Source: Candidatus Parcubacteria bacterium | GTDB taxonomy: Bacteria > Patescibacteriota > Minisyncoccia > Minisyncoccales > JAGMDC01 | NCBI GenBank assembly: GCA_023130975.1 | Contig: JAGMAD010000003.1 | Span: 129,692-193,691, forward strand | Length of the DNA stretch: 64,000 nucleotides | Reading direction: 5' to 3' | Shown here: piece after piece, positions 19,688 to 27,675 of the stretch | Layout: each line of letters opens with the position of its first letter | How positions within the stretch are numbered: position 1 is the stretch's first letter | Made by a program: the position numbers and the translations under genes | The notes under the pieces: generated by a model | What the model was told of the DNA's origin: nothing | Seen by the model: the letters and a program-made list of their open reading frames with translations, nothing else | The model's database searches: none

Positions 19688-19816
19688 GAATATAAAATAA
19701 AGATTTAGATAATAGAGATTAGAATTTAGGTAATTTTTTATCTAACATCTAACATCTAATATCTAAAATCCAATTATGGCTGAGAAAGAAAAATTTGAAA
19801 GAGGAAAAACCCATCT
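19688..19816 (+). repeat. copy B of the 129-bp duplication (native tuf promoter/5' end)
   Basis: Identical to 18471-18599. It is preceded by 3x AATATAAAATAG tandem repeats. Confidence 0.85.
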
Positions 19817-20975
19817 TAATATTGGTACTATTGGTCACGTAGACCATGGTAAAACCACTCTTACAGCAGCTATTCTGCATGTTTTAAGGTTAAAAGGTCT
19901 TAAGGCATCAGAGAAAGCAGTGGAGCAAATTGATTCTGCTCCAGAAGAAAAAGCCCGTGGTTTAACTATTAACATTGCCCATTTAGAGTATGAGACAGAT
20001 AAAAGACACTATGCTCATATTGATTGTCCGGGCCATGCTGATTACATTAAGAATATGGTTACTGGTGCCGCTCAAATGGACGGAGCAATTTTAGTGGTTT
20101 CGGCTGCTGATGGTGTTATGCCTCAAACCAGAGAGCATATTTTGCTTGCTCGCCAAGTAGGATTATCTCAAATAGTGGTGTTTTTAAATAAATGCGATAC
20201 TGTAGATGATCCTGAGATAATTGATTTAGTTGAGTCAGAAGTAAAAGAGCTTTTAAAGAAATACGAATTTCCAGGAGATGAAATCCCAATTGTTCGCGGT
20301 TCAGCTCTTAAAGCCCTGGATGTAAAATCAGCTGACGATGAAGCCGCCAAACCAATTTTGGATTTAGTTAAAGCAGTAGATGATTACTTTCCTGAACCAA
20401 CTCGGGATATTGATAAACCATTTTTAATGGCTGTTGAGGATGTTTTCTCTATTGCTGGAAGAGGAACTGTTGCTACTGGCAGGATTGAGCGAGGAATAGT
20501 TCATCCAAACGATGAGGTAGAAATTGTTGGTTTTAAACCTACTCAAAAAACAGTGGCAGTGAGCGTGGAAATGTTTAATAAGATGCTTGATGAAGGAAGA
20601 GCCGGTGATAATGTCGGAATTTTACTTCGCGGACTCAAGAAAGAAGAGGTGGAAAGAGGACAAGTTTTAGCAAACCCCGGCAGCATTACTCCTCATACTG
20701 AATTTGACGGTGAAATTTATGTTTTAACCAAAGAAGAAGGCGGAAGACATTCTCCTTTTTTTGCCGGTTATAAGCCGCAATTTTACATTCGAACTACTGA
20801 TGTTACTGGAGATGTTGCTTTGCCAGAAGGGACAGAAATGGTTATGCCTGGAGATACTGTTAATCTAAAAGTTAAATTAATAGCTCCGGTTGCCCTTCAA
20901 GAAAAACAAAGATTTGCTATAAGAGAAGGAGGCAAGACCGTAGGCGCAGGAGTAGTGACGAAGATCATTAAGTAA
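19776..20975 (+). CDS. tuf: elongation factor Tu
   Basis: [18 protein letters not shown] and NKCD motifs; 399 aa. Confidence 0.9.
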   Translation: MAEKEKFERGKTHLNIGTIGHVDHGKTTLTAAILHVLRLKGLKASEKAVEQIDSAPEEKARGLTINIAHLEYETDKRHYAHIDCPGHADYIKNMVTGAAQMDGAILVVSAADGVMPQTREHILLARQVGLSQIVVFLNKCDTVDDPEIIDLVESEVKELLKKYEFPGDEIPIVRGSALKALDVKSADDEAAKPILDLVKAVDDYFPEPTRDIDKPFLMAVEDVFSIAGRGTVATGRIERGIVHPNDEVEIVGFKPTQKTVAVSVEMFNKMLDEGRAGDNVGILLRGLKKEEVERGQVLANPGSITPHTEFDGEIYVLTKEEGGRHSPFFAGYKPQFYIRTTDVTGDVALPEGTEMVMPGDTVNLKVKLIAPVALQEKQRFAIREGGKTVGAGVVTKIIK

Positions 20976-21009
20976 GTTAAAAGTAGAAAGTTAAAAGTTA
21001 AAAATAAAC

Positions 21010-21348
21010 GTGGTTGTCAAAAAGAAAGCAGTTGAAGAAGAAACAAAGTCCAAGCTTCGCATTAAGTTGCGGGCTTATGACCATAAGGTTATTGATAATA
21101 GCGCTCGACAGATTGTTGAGGCGGCTCTGCGCTATGGTGTTGAAGTTTATGGACCCATTCCTTTACCGACTGAAATACATAAATATACAGTCAATAGGGC
21201 TTCTTTTATTCACAAAGACAGCCGGGAGCAGTTTGAAATGAGAATTCATAAACGGTTGATTGATATTCTCAATCCTAATCCGAAAGTTATTGATGCTTTG
21301 ACCAGTTTGACTCTTCCAGCTGGGGTAGAAATTGAAATCAAGATGTAA
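21010..21348 (+). CDS. rpsJ: 30S ribosomal protein S10 (GTG start)
   Basis: [21 protein letters not shown] matches the S10 core. Confidence 0.85.
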   Translation: MVVKKKAVEEETKSKLRIKLRAYDHKVIDNSARQIVEAALRYGVEVYGPIPLPTEIHKYTVNRASFIHKDSREQFEMRIHKRLIDILNPNPKVIDALTSLTLPAGVEIEIKM

Positions 21349-21465
21349 AATTATAATCCGAATCTACGAATGCCACGAATAAAATTCATCAATATTTATA
21401 TGCATATTTTATTCGATATTTTAGAAACATAAGAGTTTTGTTACAATAAATTTGGATTGCCACAA

Positions 21466-21489
21466 AAACTGGGCAATTGCCCAGTTTTT
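21466..21489 (+). terminator. terminator-like perfect palindrome between rpsJ and rplC
   Basis: aaaCTGGGCAATTGCCCAGttttt. Confidence 0.35.
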
Positions 21490-21504
21490 CATTAGCATTA
21501 TTTT

Positions 21505-22107
21505 ATGAAGTTTATCTTGGCAAAAAAATTAGAAATGTCACAGATGTTTGATGAAAAAGGCAAGGTCATTCCAGTGACCTTAATTGAAGCCGGACCTTGT
21601 TTTATCACTCAAATAAAAAACAAAGACAAGGATAAATATGAAGCAGTTCAGCTTGGTTTTGAAAAAATAACCAAACAGAAGAAAATAAAAAAAACAATGA
21701 AAGGAAAAGAATATAAATACATCAGAGAATACAAAATTGACGAGAACATTTCTCGTCAATTAAAGGTGGGAGATGAAATCAATGTTTCTGTTTTTCAAGA
21801 AGGGGATAAAGTAAAAATTTCTGGAATTTCTAAAGGAAAAGGATTTCAGGGAGCAGTAAAAAGATGGGGATTTCATGGAAGAAACGCTACTCATGGAGTT
21901 AAGCATGAACAAAGAACATTAGGTTCAGTTGGAAGTTCTTATCCAGAAAGAGTAATTAAAGGAAAAAAAATGCCCGGTAGAATGGGTGCCGAGCGAGTCA
22001 CAGTTAAAAATTTAAAAATAGCAAAAATTGACAAAGAGAATAATCTATTAGCAGTGAAAGGCGCAATACCAGGCCGACGCGGCACATTGCTTGAAATTAG
22101 AGGATAA
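21505..22107 (+). CDS. rplC: 50S ribosomal protein L3
   Basis: L3 pattern (GKGFQGAVKRWGFHG). Confidence 0.85.
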   Translation: MKFILAKKLEMSQMFDEKGKVIPVTLIEAGPCFITQIKNKDKDKYEAVQLGFEKITKQKKIKKTMKGKEYKYIREYKIDENISRQLKVGDEINVSVFQEGDKVKISGISKGKGFQGAVKRWGFHGRNATHGVKHEQRTLGSVGSSYPERVIKGKKMPGRMGAERVTVKNLKIAKIDKENNLLAVKGAIPGRRGTLLEIRG

Positions 22108-22216
22108 TTTCCAGAATTTCTAATTTCTAATAAATTTCTAATTCTTTAATTTTTAATTGAAAATTGGAGCATTGAAAATTGATTGAAAATTGATAATTGA
22201 TAATTGAAAATTTATC
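22108..22216. repeat. heptamer tandem-repeat spacer: (AATTTCT)n then (ATTGAAA)n
   Basis: 7-bp periodic AT repeats between rplC and rplD. Confidence 0.6.
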
Positions 22217-22858
22217 ATGGAAATCGAAACTTATAACCAAAATGGAGAAAAAGTAGGAAAAGCAGAACTTCCCGACGAAATATTCGGTTTAGATTTTAGT
22301 CCTGATTTGGTTCATCAGGTTGTTGTTTCGCAAATGGCAAATCGAAGGCAAGTTAGTGCTCATACTAAAGACAGGAGTGAGGTTCGTGGAGGTGGCAGGA
22401 AACCCTGGAGACAAAAAGGCACTGGTAGAGCAAGACATGGTTCTATCCGTTCACCTTTATGGAAAGGAGGAGGCGTAACCTTTGGTCCGACTAAAGAAAG
22501 AGATTTTAAAAAAATAATTCCTAAAAAAATGAAAAGAAAGGCTCTTTTTATGGTTTTAAGCCAAAAGGTAAAAGACAATGAATTGGTTGTCTTAGATGAG
22601 CTGAAGATTGAGAAACCGAAGACAAAAATAGTAAAAGAAATAATCCAGAATCTGAAATCAAAAATTAAAAACATTAAAACAGAAAGTTTTCTAATCACTT
22701 TACCAAAGATGGATAAGAATATTATTTTATCAACCAGAAACATTCCTAAAATAGCTACTATTCAAGCAAAAGAATTAAATTGTCTTGATATTTTAAATTA
22801 TAAATATTTGATGCTTCCTAAAGAAGCAATTGCAGTAATAAAGGAAACCTTTTTATGA
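22217..22858 (+). CDS. rplD: 50S ribosomal protein L4
   Basis: L4 pattern (GGGRKPWRQKGTGRAR). Confidence 0.85.
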   Translation: MEIETYNQNGEKVGKAELPDEIFGLDFSPDLVHQVVVSQMANRRQVSAHTKDRSEVRGGGRKPWRQKGTGRARHGSIRSPLWKGGGVTFGPTKERDFKKIIPKKMKRKALFMVLSQKVKDNELVVLDELKIEKPKTKIVKEIIQNLKSKIKNIKTESFLITLPKMDKNIILSTRNIPKIATIQAKELNCLDILNYKYLMLPKEAIAVIKETFL

Positions 22859-23346
22859 AAATATTAGATTTTTTTAAAAAAAAGAAAAAACCGGAAGTTA
22901 AAGAAGAAGTAAAACCGAAAGAGGAGGTAAAAAAGGAAGTAAAAGTAAAAAAAGAGGTAAAAAAGCCGCCGAAAGTTAGTGTTTTAAAACCAAAACCCGC
23001 CTTCGTTAAAAGAACCTCGACTGAGCTCGGTCGAAGTCCTTCGGCGGGCAAGGAGAAAAAGGTTGATTTGGCTTGGAAGGTTTTAGAGACACCTCATATT
23101 TCTGAAAAAGCCACTGACTTAACAAAGCAAAATAAGTATGTTTTTAGAGTTTTTCCTAAATCAAATAAAAAAGAAATAAAAAAAGCAGTGGAAGATATTT
23201 ATGGGATAGATGTTTTGAATGTTAAAATTATTAAAATTCCCAGAAAGAAGAAAATGAGAGGCAGGGTTTCTGGCTGGAAAAAGGGCTATAAAAAAGCAAT
23301 TGTGAAAGTAAAAGAAGGCCAGAAGATTGAATTATTACCAAGATAA
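22855..23346 (+). CDS. rplW: 50S ribosomal protein L23 with a ~60-aa Lys-rich N-terminal extension
   Basis: The core AWKVLETPHISEKAT is preceded by KKKKKPEVKEEVKPKEEVKK. The extension contains a GC-rich structured insert at 22993-23050. Confidence 0.8.
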   Translation: MKILDFFKKKKKPEVKEEVKPKEEVKKEVKVKKEVKKPPKVSVLKPKPAFVKRTSTELGRSPSAGKEKKVDLAWKVLETPHISEKATDLTKQNKYVFRVFPKSNKKEIKKAVEDIYGIDVLNVKIIKIPRKKKMRGRVSGWKKGYKKAIVKVKEGQKIELLPR

Positions 23347-23350
23347 ACCT

Positions 23351-24220
23351 ATGAAAAAGTATAAACCAACAACACCAGGAAGGAGAGGAATGACCAAGGT
23401 TGAATCTTCTCAATTAACTAAGAAAAAACCTGAAAAAGGTTTGCTTTCAGTAATTAAAAAAAGGGGAGGAAGAAATCTAAAAGGAAGAATCACAATCAGG
23501 CATAGGGGCGGCGGAGCAAAAAGGATGTATAGACATATTGATTTTGGTCAGGAGAAAGTTAATATTTCAGCAAAGGTCATTGCTTTAGAATATGATCCCA
23601 ATCGTTCTGCTTTTATTGCTCTTTTGGAATATCAGGATAAACCCCCCACCACTTTTCAGGGAAAAGTGGTGGGGGGTAAAGAAAAAAGATATATTTTGGC
23701 TCCTCAAGGATTAAAAGTGGGCGATGAAATCATTATTTCAGAAAAAGCAGGACTCAAGCCGGGAAATAGAATGAAATTAAAAAATATTCCAGTCGGAACT
23801 TTGATCTATAATGTTGAACTTGAGCAGGATAAAGGAGGAGTTATCGTAAAAGGAGCGGGCACCACAGCAAAGGTTTTGGCTCAGGAAGGAAGATATACTC
23901 ATCTTGTTTTTCCTTCTTCTGAAATTAGGAAAGTGCCCAAGGAATGTTTTGCTTCAATAGGCATAGTTTCCAATCCCGAACATAAGTATGTTACAATAGG
24001 AAAGGCAGGTAGAACACGTTATAAAGGCAAAAGGCCCCATGTTAGGGGAACGGCAATGAATCCTGTTGACCATGCTCATGGCGGCGGAGAAGGAAGAACT
24101 GGGATTGGACTAAAACATCCGAAAACTGCTTGGGGTAAGCCAGCTTTAGGGGTAAAAACAAGAAAGAAAAAATGGACAGACAAACTTATTATTAAAAGAA
24201 GAAAAAAGAAAAAGAAATAA
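23351..24220 (+). CDS. rplB: 50S ribosomal protein L2 carrying a 13-aa in-frame palindromic insertion
   Basis: L2 motifs (KPTTPGRRGMT, GGGEGR). The insertion KPPTTFQGKVVGG is encoded by a perfect hairpin at 23641-23677. Confidence 0.85.
   Translation: MKKYKPTTPGRRGMTKVESSQLTKKKPEKGLLSVIKKRGGRNLKGRITIRHRGGGAKRMYRHIDFGQEKVNISAKVIALEYDPNRSAFIALLEYQDKPPTTFQGKVVGGKEKRYILAPQGLKVGDEIIISEKAGLKPGNRMKLKNIPVGTLIYNVELEQDKGGVIVKGAGTTAKVLAQEGRYTHLVFPSSEIRKVPKECFASIGIVSNPEHKYVTIGKAGRTRYKGKRPHVRGTAMNPVDHAHGGGEGRTGIGLKHPKTAWGKPALGVKTRKKKWTDKLIIKRRKKKKK
23641..23677. repeat. GC-rich perfect hairpin (CCCCCCACCACTTTT-loop-AAAAGTGGTGGGGGG) inside the rplB ORF
   Basis: The 15-nt arms are identical to the 16S h44 tip (51882-51896 / 51971-51985). 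Confidence 0.8.
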
Positions 24221-24223
24221 CCT

Positions 24224-24346
24224 AATAAATTTTCAATTTTCAATTTTCAATTTTCAATGAATTTTCAATGATTTAATTTTCAATTAGAAATTAAAGAATT
24301 AGAAATTTAATAGAAATTAGAAATTAGAAATTAGAAATTTTGGATT
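24224..24346. repeat. heptamer tandem-repeat spacer: (TTTTCAA)n then (AGAAATT)n
   Basis: Reverse-complement arrangement of the 22108-22216 element. Confidence 0.6.
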
Positions 24347-24655
24347 GTGTCTCGTAGCTTAAAGAAGGGTCCTTATGTGGATCAAAAATTATTAAAAAAG
24401 ATAAGTAAAATCAAGAAAGGCGATAAGACAATTATTAAAACCTGGGCAAGGAGTTGTATTATATCTCCAGAAATGGTTGGTTTTACCTTTGGTGTCCACA
24501 ATGGTAAGGAGCATATTCCTGTTTTTGTTAGCGAAGATATGGTTGGTCATAAACTGGGAGAATTTGCTCCAACTAAAAAATTTACGAGGCACGGAGGAAA
24601 AATGCAAAAAGAACAGGAAATGAAAGCCAAGGGGCAAGAAAAAGAAAAATCTTAA
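24347..24655 (+). CDS. rpsS: 30S ribosomal protein S19 (GTG start) with a Lys/Glu-rich C-terminal tail
   Basis: [11 protein letters not shown] and [10 protein letters not shown] motifs. Confidence 0.85.
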   Translation: MSRSLKKGPYVDQKLLKKISKIKKGDKTIIKTWARSCIISPEMVGFTFGVHNGKEHIPVFVSEDMVGHKLGEFAPTKKFTRHGGKMQKEQEMKAKGQEKEKS

Positions 24656-24659
24656 AATT

Positions 24660-25196
24660 ATGGCCATTACAGCAAAATTAAAATATCTTCATATAGCTCC
24701 GAGAAAAGTTCGTTTAGTAACTGATTTGATTCGCGGAAAAAGGGCTGAGGAAGCTCAAACGATTTTGAATTTTAGTTCTAATAGAGCATCTCAACCATTA
24801 TTGAAACTGCTTAAATCCTGTATAGCTAATGCCAAAAATAATTTTCAAATTGAGCAGGAAAACCTTTATGTATCAAAGATTTTTGTTGATGAAGGACCAA
24901 AACTAAAAAGATGGCATGCTCAATCAAGAGGTCGAGCTGCTGAAATTCAAAAAAAAAGCTCTCATATTTGTTTAGAAATAAGTGAGATTAAAAAGAAAGC
25001 TAAAAAAGTTAAAAAGGTAGCAAAAACAAAAGAAAAGATTGTTGAAAAGAAACCCTCCCTTGCTGAAGTTAAGGAAGGTAAAAGAGACGAAGAAGCTCCA
25101 AAAATAGAAAAACCAAGAACAATCATTAGGAAAGAAAAACCTATGCCCAAAATAAAACAAACCATGAAGAGAGTATTTAGACGAAAGGCATTCTAA
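24660..25196 (+). CDS. rplV: 50S ribosomal protein L22 with a ~65-aa Lys-rich C-terminal extension
   Basis: L22 core (KYLHIAPRKVRLV) followed by a KKAKKVKKVAKTKEK... tail. Confidence 0.85.
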   Translation: MAITAKLKYLHIAPRKVRLVTDLIRGKRAEEAQTILNFSSNRASQPLLKLLKSCIANAKNNFQIEQENLYVSKIFVDEGPKLKRWHAQSRGRAAEIQKKSSHICLEISEIKKKAKKVKKVAKTKEKIVEKKPSLAEVKEGKRDEEAPKIEKPRTIIRKEKPMPKIKQTMKRVFRRKAF

Positions 25197-25274
25197 CTAA
25201 ATAGATATTAAATGATGGATTATAGATGTTAGTTAATTATCTAAAATCTAAAATCTAATATCTAAAATCTAACT

Positions 25275-25958
25275 TTGAGTCATAGAGTTCATCCAAAAGC
25301 ATATAGATTGAGAGAAACAAACGACTGGAATTCTCGATGGCAAGCTAAAAGAAATCTCCCGGAATATTTAAAGGAGGATTTTATAATAAGAGAGTTTTTA
25401 GAAAAAAAATTAAAAGATTCCGGAGTTCAGAATATTGAAATTGAAAGATTTTCCGGTAAAGTCAATATTATTATTAACACTTCAAAACCAGGTTTTATTA
25501 TTGGTCGTGGCGGAAAAGGAGCAGAAGAACTAAAAAGAGATTTAGAAAAGAAAATCATTAAAAGTTATAAATTATCTATTAATAAAAAGAAAACGGCTTC
25601 TTTAACTCAAGGAAAAAAAGAGATGAGGATTGAAATTAGAGAGATAAGAAATCCTTGGGCACATTCAACAATTGTTGCTCAATGGATTGCTCAACAAATT
25701 GAAAAAAGAATGCGTTATCGGAGAACGCTTAAACAGGCATTAAGCAAGGTTGTGGCCAATAAAGAAATAAAAGGAGTGAGAGTAGAAGTTTCCGGTCGTT
25801 TAGACGGGACCAAAATTGCTCGGCGAGAATGGCTTCAGGTCGGTCATCTTCCTCGTCAAACTTTAAGAGCAAAGATTGATTATGGAACAGCAGCGGCTCA
25901 CTGTACTTATGGAATAGTAGGAGTGAAAGTTTGGATATATAAGGGCGAACAGTTTTGA
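25275..25958 (+). CDS. rpsC: 30S ribosomal protein S3 (TTG start)
   Basis: KH domain GFIIGRGGKGAEEL and the S3 C-terminal domain. Confidence 0.85.
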   Translation: MSHRVHPKAYRLRETNDWNSRWQAKRNLPEYLKEDFIIREFLEKKLKDSGVQNIEIERFSGKVNIIINTSKPGFIIGRGGKGAEELKRDLEKKIIKSYKLSINKKKTASLTQGKKEMRIEIREIRNPWAHSTIVAQWIAQQIEKRMRYRRTLKQALSKVVANKEIKGVRVEVSGRLDGTKIARREWLQVGHLPRQTLRAKIDYGTAAAHCTYGIVGVKVWIYKGEQF

Positions 25959-26058
25959 GCGATAGCGAAAACCCCGCCCTCTATGCTTTTATAGAGGAGG
26001 AATAAAAAATTAATTATTGCTTAGAGGGCGGGGTACTCGCCTTCTAACAAAGACTCGT

Positions 26059-26463
26059 ATGTTGATGCCGAAAAAAATTAAACATCGTAAATGGCGAAAA
26101 GGCCGTTCAAAGGGGATAGAAAGGCGAGGAACTGAACTGTCTTTTGGTAGTTATGGTTTAAAAGTTTTAGAAAAAAAATGGATTACTGCTCGTCAGATCG
26201 AGGCAGCTCGTCGAGCGATTATTAGATATTTAAGAAAAGGAGGAAAACTTTGGATAAGGATTTTTCCAGATAAACCTATAACTAAAAAAGGAACAGAAGT
26301 TCCTATGGGCGGAGGCAAGGGAAGTGTTGAATATTATGCTTTTCCAGTAAAACCAGGCAGAATTATTTTTGAATTAGAAGGAATAAAAGAAGAGATGGCT
26401 AAGGAAGCTTTTAAAAGAGCGGCAGATAAATTACCAATAAAAACAAAATTTATTAAGCGATAA
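26059..26463 (+). CDS. rplP: 50S ribosomal protein L16
   Basis: [16 protein letters not shown] start and the L16 core. Confidence 0.85.
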   Translation: MLMPKKIKHRKWRKGRSKGIERRGTELSFGSYGLKVLEKKWITARQIEAARRAIIRYLRKGGKLWIRIFPDKPITKKGTEVPMGGGKGSVEYYAFPVKPGRIIFELEGIKEEMAKEAFKRAADKLPIKTKFIKR

Positions 26464-26473
26464 AAAAGACCTT

Positions 26474-26653
26474 ATGAAAACAAAAGAATTACAACGAAAA
26501 TCCCAATCAGAACTTCAGCATATTTTAATAGAAGATCGTGAGAAATTACGGCAGTTGCGTTTTGATTTAGCTTCTGGTAAGGTTAAAAATGTTAGAGAAA
26601 TTCGAAAAATTAAAAAAGAAATTGCCCAAGCATTAACAATTTTAAAGCAATAG
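26474..26653 (+). CDS. rpmC: 50S ribosomal protein L29 (59 aa)
   Basis: MKTKELQRKSQSELQHILIEDREKLRQLRF... in the expected slot between rplP and rpsQ. Confidence 0.6.
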   Translation: MKTKELQRKSQSELQHILIEDREKLRQLRFDLASGKVKNVREIRKIKKEIAQALTILKQ

Positions 26654-26659
26654 TAATAT

Positions 26660-26846
26660 AAGAACCTGCCTCGCTAATGCTCGGCAGAACCTTGATTCCT
26701 TCGGAATTAAGAACCTGCCTCGCCAATGCTCGGCAGAACCTTGATTCCTGCCTGTCGGCAAGGCAGGCGCTAATGTATAAATATATAAGAACCTGCCTCG
26801 CTAATGCTCGGCAGAACCTTGAATGCTTCGCATTTAATCTTGAATT
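26660..26846 (+). repeat. three tandem AGAACCTTG-family units forming a composite ~150-bp 5'-region shared with rpmE
   Basis: Units at 26660-26695, 26709-26744 and 26787-26822. The stretch 26709-26856 is ~95% identical to the reverse complement of 45450-45600. Confidence 0.75.
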
Positions 26847-27110
26847 ATGAAAAAAGAATTAAAAGGAACAGTTGTTTCAAATAAAATGTCAAAAACTATA
26901 GTAGTAGAGGTGGAAAGGATAAAAGTTCATCCTAAATATAAAAGAAGATATAAAGTACACAAAAAATACAAAGTTCATAATGAAAAGGGAGAATTTAAAG
27001 TTGGAGATAGGGTTATAATCCAAGAGAGTAGACCATTAAGTAAAGAGAAGAAGTGGAGAGTGAAGGGATTTGTTCGCGAAGACAAACCGAAGGTGAAGTC
27101 TGAGCGGTAA
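26847..27110 (+). CDS. rpsQ: 30S ribosomal protein S17
   Basis: S17 OB-fold pattern ([18 protein letters not shown]). Confidence 0.85.
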   Translation: MKKELKGTVVSNKMSKTIVVEVERIKVHPKYKRRYKVHKKYKVHNEKGEFKVGDRVIIQESRPLSKEKKWRVKGFVREDKPKVKSER

Positions 27111-27175
27111 AAAAGCTAGTCAATTTTGCAGCCAATCAGGCTGCGCTAAAGCTTGCCTTCTTGGGCAAAATTGGT

Positions 27176-27547
27176 ATGATTCAACCACAAACAATGTTAA
27201 AAATAGCAGATAATACTGGAGCTAAAATTGCTCAGTGTTTTAAGGTGCTTGGCGGTAGTCGGAGAAGATATGCTCAAATCGGAGATATAGTTGTGGCTGC
27301 CGTAAAAAAAGCAGAACCGAGAAAAGCTGTTAAAAAACATGATAAAGTAAGAGCAGTAATTGTTAGACAAAAAAAGGAATATAAGCGTTCAGACGGTTCC
27401 TATATTCGTTTTGATGATAATGCAGCAGTTATTCTTGAAGGTACTAGTAAAGAACCGAAAGGAGGAAGAATTTTAGGACCAGTGGCTCGAGAAATAAAAG
27501 AGAAAGGATTTGAGAAAATAGCTGGAATGGCAAAGGACCTAGTCTAA
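27176..27547 (+). CDS. rplN: 50S ribosomal protein L14
   Basis: MIQPQTMLKIADNTGAK start. Confidence 0.85.
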   Translation: MIQPQTMLKIADNTGAKIAQCFKVLGGSRRRYAQIGDIVVAAVKKAEPRKAVKKHDKVRAVIVRQKKEYKRSDGSYIRFDDNAAVILEGTSKEPKGGRILGPVAREIKEKGFEKIAGMAKDLV

Positions 27548-27584
27548 CCATACTAACATATAAACAAAATGTTAAAACGATTTT

Positions 27585-27675
27585 ATGAAGATTAAAAAAG
27601 GAGACCAGGTTTTAAATTCAAGAATATGTATTTATACATTAGCGAATCAAGGTTCTGGTCTCCTTTCTTATAATT
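27585..27675 (+). repeat. duplicated rplX start (ATGAAGATTAAAAAAGGAGACCAGGTT) plus a 64-bp insert forming a long imperfect hairpin
   Basis: The 27-bp copy at 27585-27611 matches the real start at 27676-27702 with 2 mismatches. The insert contains an AGAACCTTGATTC half-unit. The pseudo-start is out of frame. Confidence 0.6.

Noticed and set aside
26660-26830. Possible CRISPR array (three 36-bp direct repeats), considered because a Cas4-like gene is in the window
   Set aside because: Spacer lengths are 13 and 42 bp (irregular) and there are only three units. The same unit is scattered singly throughout the window in both orientations, and an inverted copy of the whole block occurs at 45460-45600. 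This is a dispersed repeat family, not a CRISPR locus.
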